The notes under the pieces are model-generated. The model saw only the letters and a program-made list of their open reading frames with translations. It did no database searches and had not been told where the DNA came from. Positions 41,973 through 51,230 of a stretch of 64,000 nucleotides of DNA are shown in pieces. Position 1 is the first letter of the stretch. Every line of letters begins with the position of its first letter. The DNA is from Candidatus Kaelpia aquatica (GTDB taxonomy: Bacteria; Omnitrophota; Gorgyraeia; Kaelpiales; Kaelpiaceae), in assembly GCA_030765335.1 (NCBI GenBank), contig JAVCCU010000001.1, positions 456-64,455 on the forward strand, in the 5' to 3' direction. Made by a program: the position numbers and the translations under genes.

Positions 41973-42829
41973 AAAATCAAAACAAAATAAGGAGCATGAC
42001 TGGTTTTGGAAAAGGGAGCGTCAGGAGCGATAGATGTTCTTGTTACTGTGAGATTAAGAGTGTTAACCATAGGTATTTAGAGGTTAACACTAAAATGTCA
42101 GACGAGTTTGCAAAGATAGAGTTAGAGATTAAAAGAATTGTTAAAAATCAGATTTCCCGCGGTGCAGTCTATCTTAATCTTAGTTTTGTCTACGAGGAGG
42201 GCATGGACCTTAAAATTAACGACCGCCTATTTAAAAAACTTCTTACACTTGAAAGAGAGATTGAAGCTAAGCATGGCATAGCACAGTCTCTTAATATTCA
42301 TTATATCTTAAGTTATCCCGGAGTAATAAGGCAGGCCCGTCCTGATATCTCATCAGCTGAAAAGAAAAGACTTGTTATTGAAGCCCTTAAAGATGCGTTG
42401 ACATCATTGATGGCTAGCAGGGACAGAGAAGGCGGGGCGCTGCAAAAAGATTTGTTTATTTGTTTAAACAAGATAGAGAAGAACCTTCAAATTGTAAATT
42501 TAACAGAAAAAACGAGAGAAAATTCTCTCTCAAAAAAGATGCAGAAAGAAGCAGTCCGGATGCAGCATGCTCAAAGTACGGCATCTTTGCCAGCCCTAGC
42601 GTCTGTTAATGAAGAGATTGTGCGCCTTACGACTCACATCAAAACTCTTCGCAAACTTATAAATAAAGGCGGAGTCGTGGGTAGAGAGCTCGATTTTTTG
42701 GCCCAAGAGATGAATCGAGAGGCCAATACTATATCAGCAAAAGCACTCTCTTCTAAGACAGCCTGTTTTATCGTACAGATTAAAGCGGAGATCGAAAAAA
42801 TAAGAGAGCAGTCTTTGAATATTGAATAA
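41963..42829 (+). CDS. yicC: YicC-family stress-induced protein
   Basis: N-terminal SMTGFGKG YicC_N motif and DUF1732-like C-terminus; conserved yicC-remA-gmk-rpoZ context. Confidence 0.85.
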   Translation: MGMKNQNKIRSMTGFGKGSVRSDRCSCYCEIKSVNHRYLEVNTKMSDEFAKIELEIKRIVKNQISRGAVYLNLSFVYEEGMDLKINDRLFKKLLTLEREIEAKHGIAQSLNIHYILSYPGVIRQARPDISSAEKKRLVIEALKDALTSLMASRDREGGALQKDLFICLNKIEKNLQIVNLTEKTRENSLSKKMQKEAVRMQHAQSTASLPALASVNEEIVRLTTHIKTLRKLINKGGVVGRELDFLAQEMNREANTISAKALSSKTACFIVQIKAEIEKIREQSLNIE

Positions 42830-42843
42830 GGGAGACCTAAAAT

Positions 42844-43077
42844 ATGAAGGCTCTAAATGTCGGATATAATAATACAGTATCTTTAGATAAGATAGTTGCC
42901 GTAATAAATGCGGATTCTAAGCCTGCGCGCAGGTTAAAAGAGCGGGCAGAGCGGGAGGCCAGACTTATAGATGCTACCAGCGGGCGGAAAACAAGGTCCT
43001 GCCTTATAACCAGCAGCAACCATTTAGTGCTCTCAGCTTTAAATACTCAGACAATTTCACAGCGTATAAATGAATAG
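42844..43077 (+). CDS. remA: DUF370/RemA-family small DNA-binding protein
   Basis: 77 aa; NxVSLDKIVAVINADSKPARRL...LIDATSGRKTRSCLITSSNHLVLSA matches the RemA/YlzA pattern; located between yicC and gmk. Confidence 0.8.
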   Translation: MKALNVGYNNTVSLDKIVAVINADSKPARRLKERAEREARLIDATSGRKTRSCLITSSNHLVLSALNTQTISQRINE

Positions 43078-43633
43078 AAAAGCAAAACTGTTTATTATCT
43101 CGGGTCCATCCGGCGCAGGTAAGACCACGATTGCTCGGAAGCTCTTTCAAGAAGTCGAAGGATTAGCCAGGAGTATATCTTGTACAACAAGAGAGAGAAG
43201 AGAGGCAGAGAGAGACGGTATAGATTATAGGTTTATTAATAGCGGCAGATTTCAAAACCTCATTAAAGAGAATGCTTTTCTTGAATGGGCCATAATACTA
43301 AAGAATTACTACGGGACGCTAAAAGATGACGTAGAGGCTCAGATAGCCGGAGGTAATGATGTTTTGCTTTGCATAGACGTACAGGGGGCGGCGCAGGTTC
43401 TTAAGAAAAAGTCTGATACGGTAGCGATATTTGTAATGCCGCCCGACATAGAAGAGCTGCGGGCTAGGCTGCTTAAGAGAGGGGAGAGTAAAAAAGAGAT
43501 TGAGAAGCGAATAGGTTTAGCCAGTAAGGAGATTAAAAGAGCTCCTCACTATCACCATGTTGTGTATAATGGTGTTTTACATCAAGCCGTAGATTTGGTA
43601 AAATCTATAGTTTATGCGGAACGTCAAAAATGA
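43070..43633 (+). CDS. gmk: Guanylate kinase
   Basis: P-loop ISGPSGAGKTT; GMP-binding motifs. Confidence 0.93.
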   Translation: MNRKAKLFIISGPSGAGKTTIARKLFQEVEGLARSISCTTRERREAERDGIDYRFINSGRFQNLIKENAFLEWAIILKNYYGTLKDDVEAQIAGGNDVLLCIDVQGAAQVLKKKSDTVAIFVMPPDIEELRARLLKRGESKKEIEKRIGLASKEIKRAPHYHHVVYNGVLHQAVDLVKSIVYAERQK

Positions 43634-43660
43634 TTAGATAGTTTAAAAGGAGGAGTCAAG

Positions 43661-43855
43661 ATGTCTTATGTAAAACTGGATGATATAAGAGGTAATATAG
43701 AGAGTATATATAAGGCTGTTATAATAACGGCTCAAAGAGCTGTAGAAGTATCTGAAGCTATGGCCAATCAGAAATTGGTTACAAAGCAAAAGCCGACGAG
43801 TTTTGCTATTCATGAACTTCAGGAAGGGAAACTTAAATACAAAAAAGTAGGATGA
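43661..43855 (+). CDS. rpoZ: DNA-directed RNA polymerase subunit omega
   Basis: 64 aa; RpoZ-like N-terminus (NxxSxYKAVIITAQRAVE); conserved position after gmk. Confidence 0.8.
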   Translation: MSYVKLDDIRGNIESIYKAVIITAQRAVEVSEAMANQKLVTKQKPTSFAIHELQEGKLKYKKVG

Positions 43856-44373
43856 AAACTGTTTTACTGGGCGTAACAGGCAGTATTGCAAGTTATAAAG
43901 CAGCTGATATAGCTTCTAAATTAACGCAGCAAGGCTGCAAAGTCTATGCTCTACTAACAGAGAACGCAAAGAGATTTATCACGCCACTTACATTTAAAGC
44001 GCTGACAGGTCAGGAGGTCTTTGACGATATGTTTAAAGAGCGTCAGACTCACATATCGTTGGCAGAGGAAGCTGACTTAATTCTTGTTGCGCCTGCTTCA
44101 GCCGGCTTTATATCTAAACTTGCTTCAGGGATTGTCTCTGAGTTACTACAGCTTACTATAATATCTTCTTCAGCCCCTCTTTTGATATGTCCTGCTATGA
44201 ATGAAAATATGTATCGTAACTCGATTATACAAGAGAACATTGCAAGGCTAAAAAAACATGGCTATAACTTTTTGGGTCCTGATAAAGGATGGCTAAGTTG
44301 TGGGAATACCGGAGAAGGCCGGCTTTGCGACATAGAGGATATTTTAAAGAAATCTTTAGAATTACTAAAATGA
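43852..44373 (+). CDS. coaC: Phosphopantothenoylcysteine decarboxylase (flavoprotein, CoaC half of Dfp)
   Basis: LLGVTGSIASYKAADIASKL...PAMNENMY flavoprotein motifs; separate ORF, not fused to CoaB. Confidence 0.85.
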   Translation: MKTVLLGVTGSIASYKAADIASKLTQQGCKVYALLTENAKRFITPLTFKALTGQEVFDDMFKERQTHISLAEEADLILVAPASAGFISKLASGIVSELLQLTIISSSAPLLICPAMNENMYRNSIIQENIARLKKHGYNFLGPDKGWLSCGNTGEGRLCDIEDILKKSLELLK

Positions 44374-45008
44374 ATCTCCTTATTTCTTTTGGCCCCCTTA
44401 AAACATATATTGATGATGTCCGTTGCATAACCAATAATTCTAGCGGTATTATGGGTTATAGGCTTGCCGGGGAAGCCTTACGGCGTAAATATAATGTAAA
44501 GGCTGTAGTGGGGTCGACAAATTTACGGCCGCTTAAAGGGTTAAAAGGCTGGATTGAAGTTGAGAGCCACTCCGGACTTAAAAAGGTGATGGATAAGGAG
44601 TTTCAATGGGCGGATATTATTATTATGGGAGCTGCTGTCTGTGACTTTATGCCCCTTAAAAAGAAGAGCGGTAAGATCAAGAGATCTAACGCAGGTTTAA
44701 ACTTGCAGCTCAAAGCGACCAGCAGTATAATAGGCTCCCTTTCCAAAAAGAGAGGGCGCAAGGGGAAATTTTTAGTCGGGTTCTCTCTAGAGAGTGAATA
44801 TTTTATAGCCCGCGCTATTGATAAACGCAGCAGAGATGGTTTAGATATGACCTTGGCATTCTATTTAGACAAAGACAGCACGCCTTATGGAGAGAATCAT
44901 TGTGAATCTGCGATTGTGGCAGAAGATTTTATAATTAAAATGCCTGTTTTAGATAAAACTATTTTAGCAAAGCGTGTATTAGATATTTTAGATAAACGGT
45001 ACATTTAA
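44370..45008 (+). CDS. coaB: Phosphopantothenate--cysteine ligase (CoaB half of Dfp)
   Basis: Start reassigned to the ATG at 44370 (MNLLISFGPL...ITNNSSGIMGYRLA), which overlaps the coaC stop as ATGA. The upstream part of the track ORF from 44289 overlaps coaC in another frame. Confidence 0.8.
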   Translation: MNLLISFGPLKTYIDDVRCITNNSSGIMGYRLAGEALRRKYNVKAVVGSTNLRPLKGLKGWIEVESHSGLKKVMDKEFQWADIIIMGAAVCDFMPLKKKSGKIKRSNAGLNLQLKATSSIIGSLSKKRGRKGKFLVGFSLESEYFIARAIDKRSRDGLDMTLAFYLDKDSTPYGENHCESAIVAEDFIIKMPVLDKTILAKRVLDILDKRYI

Positions 45009-45027
45009 TTTAGAATAAAAAAATAAT

Positions 45028-45099
45028 GGCGGCGTAGCCAAGCGGAAAGGCAGTGGTCTGCAAAACCACTATGCAGCGGTTCAAATCCGCTCGCCGCCT
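45028..45099 (+). tRNA. tRNA-Cys (anticodon GCA)
   Basis: GGCGGCGTAGCCAAGCGGAAAGGCAGTGGTCTGCAAAACCACTATGCAGCGGTTCAAATCCGCTCGCCGCCT cloverleaf; anticodon loop CTGCAAA. Confidence 0.9.
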
Positions 45100-45188
45100 T
45101 TAAAAAATTGAGATAGAGCCTTGCAGGTGACAAGAGAGGCTTTATTTGATACTATATTGAATTAAGGAATTTTAAAAATGGGATTTTT

Positions 45189-45274
45189 GCCGGGATGGCG
45201 GAATTGGCAGACGCATCGGACTTAAAATCCGATGTTCCGTGAGGGACGTGCCGGTTCAAGTCCGGCTCCCGGCA
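45189..45274 (+). tRNA. tRNA-Leu (anticodon UAA), long variable arm
   Basis: GCCGGGA...TCGGACTTAAAATCCGA...long variable arm...CCGGTTCAAGTCCGGCTCCCGGCA. Confidence 0.9.
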
Positions 45275-45288
45275 TATTTGTACATCAT

Positions 45289-45365
45289 GGGCGGTTAGCT
45301 CAGTTGGCTAGAGCGCCACGTTGACATCGTGGAGGTCACAGGTTCAAGTCCTGTACCGCCCACCA
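45289..45365 (+). tRNA. tRNA-Val (anticodon GAC), CCA encoded
   Basis: GGGCGGTTAGCTCAGTTGGCTAGAGCGCCACGTTGACATCGTGGAGGTCACAGGTTCAAGTCCTGTACCGCCCACCA. Confidence 0.9.
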
Positions 45366-45398
45366 TATAGCAGAGAAGTAGAATAGATTATAAAAATT

Positions 45399-47120
45399 AT
45401 GGAAGAGAAACTTTTAAAAATTCGCCACAGCAGCGCCCATATAATGGCTGATGCCGTACAGCAGTTGTTTCCAGCTGCCAAGCTAGGTATCGGTCCGGCT
45501 ATTGAAAATGGGTTTTATTACGATTTTGATTTAGAGTATAGATTAATTCCGGAGGATCTTGAAAAAATTGAGAAAAAGATGGAAGAGATTATAAACAGTA
45601 AGCATCTTTTTACGCAGAGCTCTCTATCTAGAGAGGAAGCCCAAAAATTATTTAAGGAGAGAGGAGAGGATTACAAGCTGGAGCTGTTAAGCGAGCTAGA
45701 AGATAGCAAGATAAGTATATATAGACATGGAGATTTTAGCGATCTCTGTAAAGGGCCTCATCTTGAAAACACATCTCAATTGGGAGCATTTAAACTGCTT
45801 TCAATAGCAGGTGCCTATTGGAGAGGAGAAGAGTCCAACAAAATGCTGCAGCGTATATACGGCGCTGCTTTTGTGACTAGAGAGGAGCTAGAAGAACATC
45901 TTGAGAGATTAAAACAGGCTGAAGCTAGAGACCATCGTAAGCTGGGTAGAGAGCTCAAGCTTTTTACGTTTTTTCCTCAAGCCGGAGCCGGGCTTGTCTT
46001 CTATCTTCCTAAAGGGTGGATGCTGAAAAAGACAATAGAGGATTATATATTTAAAAAACATCTTCAGGCAGGATATGAGATTATTCAGACTCCTCAAATA
46101 TTAAAATCTGATGTTTGGAAGCAGTCTGGTCATTATGATCACTATAAAGAGCACATGTATATATTTGAAAGTGATGGAGTAGAATATGCAATCAAGCCGA
46201 TGAACTGCCCAGGTCATATAATGATCTATCAGGCGCAGCGGCATAGTTACAGAGAGTTGCCGCTCCGTTTCTTTGAGGCCGGGACAGTATATAGGCATGA
46301 GAAGACCGGAGTTTTACACGGCTTATTGCGTGTCCGGGGCTTTACTCAGGACGATGCTCATATCTTCTGTCGCGAGGATCAGCTTGAAGATGAGATAAAA
46401 TCTGTGATCAAATTTATGCAGGATATTATGCTGGATTTTGGTTTTGAAAAACTCAAAATAGAACTCAGCACTCGCCCTAAAGATTCAATCGGCACAGATG
46501 AAGAGTGGCAGAAAGCTACAGTTGCTCTTGAGAACTCACTTAAGGATTTAGAGCTTGATTATGAGACTTGCGCTGAAGAGGGTGCATTTTATGGTCCCAA
46601 GATTGATATTAAACTTAAAGATGCTATAGGACGTTTATGGCAATGCGCTACCATTCAATGTGATTTTGCAGGACCAGAAAGATTTGATTTAACCTATGTT
46701 GGAGAAGACGGAGGACAGCATCGTACTATAATGTTACATAGGGCTATTCTTGGAAGCTTGGAGCGTTTTATCGGTACTTTGATAGAGCATTATGGCGGGG
46801 ATTTCCCTCTCTGGTTAGCCCCGGAGCAGGTAAGACTATTGCCGATTTCTGAAAAATTTCTTGCATATATGGTAGAATTGAAGAGAATATTAGAACAAGA
46901 AGGAATAAAGGTAACAATGGATTCCAGGTCTGAAACGCTTGGTTATAAGATAAGAGAGGCAGAGTTAGAGAAAGTACCCTATGTTTTAATAGCTGGAGGA
47001 AAAGAAGAGGTTGCCGGAACAGTTTCAGTGCGATCTCGCAAAGGGAAGGAGGAGAGTGTTATGGAGATAGAGATGTTAATAGTTAAATTAAAGGAAGAGA
47101 TAAGTGGCGCAACCTTATAA
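45399..47120 (+). CDS. thrS: Threonine--tRNA ligase (lacks N-terminal TGS domain)
   Basis: 573 aa; begins at the HxxxH editing-domain motif (RHSSAHIMADAV); class II catalytic motifs and anticodon-binding domain present. Confidence 0.95.
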   Translation: MEEKLLKIRHSSAHIMADAVQQLFPAAKLGIGPAIENGFYYDFDLEYRLIPEDLEKIEKKMEEIINSKHLFTQSSLSREEAQKLFKERGEDYKLELLSELEDSKISIYRHGDFSDLCKGPHLENTSQLGAFKLLSIAGAYWRGEESNKMLQRIYGAAFVTREELEEHLERLKQAEARDHRKLGRELKLFTFFPQAGAGLVFYLPKGWMLKKTIEDYIFKKHLQAGYEIIQTPQILKSDVWKQSGHYDHYKEHMYIFESDGVEYAIKPMNCPGHIMIYQAQRHSYRELPLRFFEAGTVYRHEKTGVLHGLLRVRGFTQDDAHIFCREDQLEDEIKSVIKFMQDIMLDFGFEKLKIELSTRPKDSIGTDEEWQKATVALENSLKDLELDYETCAEEGAFYGPKIDIKLKDAIGRLWQCATIQCDFAGPERFDLTYVGEDGGQHRTIMLHRAILGSLERFIGTLIEHYGGDFPLWLAPEQVRLLPISEKFLAYMVELKRILEQEGIKVTMDSRSETLGYKIREAELEKVPYVLIAGGKEEVAGTVSVRSRKGKEESVMEIEMLIVKLKEEISGATL

Positions 47121-47649
47121 GAGGAAGTTTGATAACAGGAGACGTATCAGGATTAATGTTAATAGATTGATTCGGGCAGAGCGAATACGAGTTATAGATG
47201 CAGATGGAACACAGATTGGTGTTGTTCTATTGGAAGAGGGATTAAAGATTGCCCAGCAGAGGGAGTTAGATTTAGTAGAGATCTCTTCAGGAGCTTCGCC
47301 GCCGGTCTGTAGAGTAATGGATTTTAACCAATATAAATATCAACAAGAGAAAAGAGCTAAAGAAGCTAAAAAGAAACAGAAGCAGGTGCATTTTAAAGAG
47401 ATCAGGTTTAAGCCTAGAATAGAAGAGCATGATTATCAAGTTATTCTTAAAAGGGCTCGCAAATTTTTAGAACGTGGAGATCGCGTTCGAGTAAGGGTTT
47501 TCTTTAGAGGAAGAGAGATGGCTCATCCTGAATTGGGTGATATTATAATGAAAAAATTACTTGGCGATATTGAAGATATAGCAACTGTGGAGAAGTCACC
47601 TTCTCGCGAAGGAAGGTATCTGATAACTATTTTATTTCCGAAGAATTAG
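47104..47649 (+). CDS. infC: Translation initiation factor IF-3
   Basis: IF3 N- and C-domains (…VCRVMDFNQYKYQQ…; …FRGREMAHPELG…). The track start is GTG inside the thrS 3' end; the real start may be ATT/ATC near 47143-47149 after AGGAGA. Confidence 0.88.
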   Translation: MAQPYKRKFDNRRRIRINVNRLIRAERIRVIDADGTQIGVVLLEEGLKIAQQRELDLVEISSGASPPVCRVMDFNQYKYQQEKRAKEAKKKQKQVHFKEIRFKPRIEEHDYQVILKRARKFLERGDRVRVRVFFRGREMAHPELGDIIMKKLLGDIEDIATVEKSPSREGRYLITILFPKN

Positions 47650-47658
47650 GAGACTACA

Positions 47659-47856
47659 ATGCCTAAAATGAAAACAAAGAAGGCGGCTAAGAAGAGACTT
47701 AAAGTAACTGGGGGAGGAAAGCTTAAAAGGGCTAAAGGGGGTAAGAGCCATCTTATGAGAAAGAAGCGTTCTAAGAGGCGATTATCTTTAAAGGAAGGCT
47801 CTTATGTGAGTGCTGCTGAAACTAAAAAAGTGAAGACGATGCTCCCATATGATTGA
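47659..47856 (+). CDS. rpmI: 50S ribosomal protein L35
   Basis: MPKMKTKKAAKKRLKVTGGGKLKRAKGGKSHL basic 65-aa protein. Confidence 0.9.
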   Translation: MPKMKTKKAAKKRLKVTGGGKLKRAKGGKSHLMRKKRSKRRLSLKEGSYVSAAETKKVKTMLPYD

Positions 47857-47878
47857 AGTTAAAAGGAGGTAGTAAATT

Positions 47879-48235
47879 ATGGTAAGAGTAAGACGTGCGC
47901 CTGCCAGAAAAAAGAGGCACAATAAAGTTTTAAAGATGGCCAAAGGTTATCGTGGCGGACGCGGAAAACTTTACAGAACAGCGCTGGAGACTGTTAGAAG
48001 GGCTCTGGTTTATAGCTATAGAGACAGGAAGGTAAGAAAAAGAATATTTCGCAGGCTCTGGATAAATAGAGTATCGATAGCCTGTAAGAACGAGGATTTT
48101 TCTTATAGCAAGCTGATCAATGGCCTAACTAAAGCAGATGTGCAGCTTAACAGAAAACAACTAGCGCAGATGGCTCTAGATGATAGAGAAGGTTTTAAAC
48201 AGATAGTCTCCTTGGCCAGAGAACATATTGGTTGA
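47879..48235 (+). CDS. rplT: 50S ribosomal protein L20
   Basis: MVRVRRAPARKKRHNKVLKMAKGYRGGRGKLYRTA... Confidence 0.93.
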   Translation: MVRVRRAPARKKRHNKVLKMAKGYRGGRGKLYRTALETVRRALVYSYRDRKVRKRIFRRLWINRVSIACKNEDFSYSKLINGLTKADVQLNRKQLAQMALDDREGFKQIVSLAREHIG

Positions 48236-49533
48236 TGCAAATAAAGCCTGCAAGAATAATAATTTTTAGTTTTCTCTCAGTTATAATTGCAGGGACATTG
48301 TTGCTTCTATTGCCGGCTTCAACCTCTCAGCAGGTATCTTTTATAGATGCTCTTTTTACGGCAACTTCTGCAACCTGTGTTACAGGGCTTATTGTTAAGG
48401 ATACCGGTTCTTTTTTTACTCCTTTAGGGCAGGGTATTATTATGCTGCTTTTTCAGTTTGGCGGATTAGGGATAATGACTCTCTCTACAATATTTGCTCT
48501 TATGCTGGGCAGGCGCATAACAATCACAGGACGTAAAACTCTCTCTCTAGCTTTTGAGAATGTAGAGTTCGATATGAAGCTGCTACTCAAGGGCATCGTT
48601 ATCTTTACTATATTGATAGAGCTATTAGGGGCTTGTTTGTTTAAGCTGTTTTTTCCTGAGATGGGGATATTTAGCGCACTCTTTCATTCTGTGTCAGCAT
48701 TCTGCAATGCTGGCTTCTCTCTTTTTGAGACAAGCTTTCAAAAATTCCGTTCTTTAGGAAGTATCAATATCCTGACAACAACTTTAATTATTGCTGGTGG
48801 TCTGGGTTTTTTAGTGCTCTTTGACCTGATGCGTTGGGTAAAGGGCAAGATTTTAAAAAAGAGCAGCAGATTAACTTTACATAGCAAGATTGTTATGGTT
48901 GTGAGCTTAATATTAATTCTTGTGGGCATGTCCTCTATTTTTATAATCGAAGGAGATCATCTTTTTTCAGAATATTCTTTTTCTGAAAAATGCTTTGCTT
49001 CTTATTTTCAATCTGTTACAGCACGCACCGCGGGTTTTAATACAGTAGAGATTGGAGGTCTTCAAAAAGGATCTAAACTAATGCTCGGCGCCCTTATGTT
49101 TATCGGGGCTTCTCCGGGTTCTACTGGAGGGGGGATAAAAACGGTTACTTTTGCTCTGGTTGTCTTAGGGCTTATAGCATTGCTCAGAAGAAGCGCACAG
49201 ATAAGAATCTCAAAACGCGCCATACCGATGCATGTTTTTGAAAAAGCAATTGCAATATTTGTTTTAAGTATTGTTTGGATTTTTTTTGCAACCACAGTGC
49301 TCTCTATAGTAGATAACAGAAGTTTTCTAAATATACTGTTTGAGGTTGTCTCCGCTTTTGGCACCGTAGGGCTCTCCTGCGGTATCACTGCTGGTTTGAC
49401 CACGGTAGGTAAATTGATTATAATTCTAACTATGTTTTTCGGAAGGATTGGTCCAATGACTCTGGCTATTGCTCTTGCAAATCGCAACGAAGCAGATTTT
49501 AAATTGCCGGAAGAGAATGTCATGGTCGGCTAA
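48232..49533 (+). CDS. Trk/Ktr-family K+ uptake membrane subunit (TrkH/KtrB)
   Basis: 433 aa multi-TM protein with repeated GLG selectivity-filter-like motifs (FGGLGIMTLS; GSTGGGIKTVTF). Confidence 0.85.
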   Translation: MMQIKPARIIIFSFLSVIIAGTLLLLLPASTSQQVSFIDALFTATSATCVTGLIVKDTGSFFTPLGQGIIMLLFQFGGLGIMTLSTIFALMLGRRITITGRKTLSLAFENVEFDMKLLLKGIVIFTILIELLGACLFKLFFPEMGIFSALFHSVSAFCNAGFSLFETSFQKFRSLGSINILTTTLIIAGGLGFLVLFDLMRWVKGKILKKSSRLTLHSKIVMVVSLILILVGMSSIFIIEGDHLFSEYSFSEKCFASYFQSVTARTAGFNTVEIGGLQKGSKLMLGALMFIGASPGSTGGGIKTVTFALVVLGLIALLRRSAQIRISKRAIPMHVFEKAIAIFVLSIVWIFFATTVLSIVDNRSFLNILFEVVSAFGTVGLSCGITAGLTTVGKLIIILTMFFGRIGPMTLAIALANRNEADFKLPEENVMVG

Positions 49534-49554
49534 GTTGATTGTATAACTAGGAGG

Positions 49555-50217
49555 TTGGTAACCATGAGACAATATGCTGTGATAGGACTTGGTAAGTTTG
49601 GTCAGAGCGTTGCTCTGACTCTTCTTGAGGATGGTGAAGAGGTTGTAGGTATTGATTCTGATGAAGAGGTTGTAAAACAACTTGCGGATAAATTAACAAA
49701 TGCTGTTGCAGCTGATGCTGCCAATGAAAAAGTACTTACAAAGCTAGGTATTCAGGATGTTGACGTTGCAATTGTCTCTGTTGGAGGCGATTTTGAGGCC
49801 AGCATCTTAATCACCCTTCTTCTAAAAGAGTTAGGTATCAAAGAGATTGTAGTTAAGGCAAATTTAGAAGGGCAGGCAAAGGTACTAGAGAAAGTAGGAG
49901 CTACAAGGGTTATTCAGCCCGAGAGAGATATGGGTATACGGCTTGCAAAATCACTCTCCTCTCCGCGTATCATAGACCATATCGAGCTCTCTAGCGATCA
50001 TAGTATCTTAGAGATGTCTCCCCCTGAGGATTTTATCGGCAAGTCTTTAGGTGAATTGGATATTAGGGCGCGGCATGGTTTGAATGTTATTGCGGTTAAA
50101 CATGAAGGGGGCGAAGTAGATATATCTCCTCAAGCAAATCATTTGATAAAGAAGGGCGACCTTCTTGTGGTTATAGGTCAGAATGCCGACATAGAGAAAG
50201 TTAAGAAAAAAGTATGA
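49555..50217 (+). CDS. K+ uptake regulatory subunit TrkA/KtrA (RCK N+C)
   Basis: IGLGKFGQSVA Rossmann GxGxxG; 220 aa KtrA-like. Confidence 0.85.
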   Translation: MVTMRQYAVIGLGKFGQSVALTLLEDGEEVVGIDSDEEVVKQLADKLTNAVAADAANEKVLTKLGIQDVDVAIVSVGGDFEASILITLLLKELGIKEIVVKANLEGQAKVLEKVGATRVIQPERDMGIRLAKSLSSPRIIDHIELSSDHSILEMSPPEDFIGKSLGELDIRARHGLNVIAVKHEGGEVDISPQANHLIKKGDLLVVIGQNADIEKVKKKV

Positions 50218-51230
50218 ATATAGAAGATCTCAAAGAATTATATCAAGAGGCAGAGAGCGGTCTTAACGAAGCTCTAGATTTAAAAACTCTTGAAGAGGTA
50301 AAGAACAGATATCTGGGCCGTAAGGGCAAGATAGCAGAGATTATTAAAAAGATTCCAGCTTTACCGGAAGGAGAGAGGTCTCTTTTCGGTAAAGAGATCA
50401 ACGTTCTTAAAGATCGTATTAGTAAGATTATTGGTGAAAAACAGGTTAGCATTCAAGGCAGTCAATCTGCAAAAGTTAAAACAGATGTTACATTGCCAGG
50501 GAGCAGGTTTGAATCCGGAACTCTTCATCCAATTACTCTTACAATGCAGAAGATAGCCAGAATCTTTCAGCATATAGGTTTTAGCTTGATAGACGGCCCG
50601 GAGATAGAGACAGACTACTTTAATTTTCAGGCTTTAAATATTCCCCAAGATCATCCGGCTCGGGATGGCCTTGCTACTTTTTATCTATCTGACTATAGAT
50701 ATCTTTTGCGATCTCAGACCTCGCCTGTTCAGGTTAGAGTTATGCAGAAAGTTAAACCGCCTCTTAAGATATTGTCTCCCGGAAAAGTTTTTAGACCGGA
50801 CAATCTCGATGCCAGCCATTCTTTTATGTTTCATCAGATAGAGGGGCTGGTTGTAGATAGAGAGACCAATTTCTCACATCTTAAAGCCTCTTTAGAATAT
50901 TTTGTAAAAGAGTTTTTTGGCCCCGAGACTAAAACGAGGTTCAGGCCTCACTACTTTCCTTTCACTGAGCCTTCTGCTGAGTTAGATATTGCCTGTATTA
51001 TCTGCGGCGGGGAAGGTTGTTCTGTATGCGGACGGAAAGGTTGGCTGGAGATACTTGGAGCTGGAATGGTCCACCCCAATGTGTTCAAAGAGGTTGGTGT
51101 TGATCCAGAAATTTTTCAGGGTTATGCGTTTGGTATGGGTATAGAGCGGATAGCAATGTTAAAGTACGGCATAGATGATATAAGGATATTTTATAACAAT
51201 GATGTCAGGTTTCTGGAGCAATTCTCATGA
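50214..51230 (+). CDS. pheS: Phenylalanine--tRNA ligase alpha subunit
   Basis: Class II motifs; FRPHYFPFTEPSAE motif 2. Confidence 0.95.
   Translation: MNIEDLKELYQEAESGLNEALDLKTLEEVKNRYLGRKGKIAEIIKKIPALPEGERSLFGKEINVLKDRISKIIGEKQVSIQGSQSAKVKTDVTLPGSRFESGTLHPITLTMQKIARIFQHIGFSLIDGPEIETDYFNFQALNIPQDHPARDGLATFYLSDYRYLLRSQTSPVQVRVMQKVKPPLKILSPGKVFRPDNLDASHSFMFHQIEGLVVDRETNFSHLKASLEYFVKEFFGPETKTRFRPHYFPFTEPSAELDIACIICGGEGCSVCGRKGWLEILGAGMVHPNVFKEVGVDPEIFQGYAFGMGIERIAMLKYGIDDIRIFYNNDVRFLEQFS

Noticed and set aside
44289-44373. Frameshifted coaBC pseudogene
   Set aside because: The overlap is a clean ATGA stop/start junction with a plausible CoaB N-terminus immediately after, consistent with two functional coupled genes rather than a disrupted fusion.
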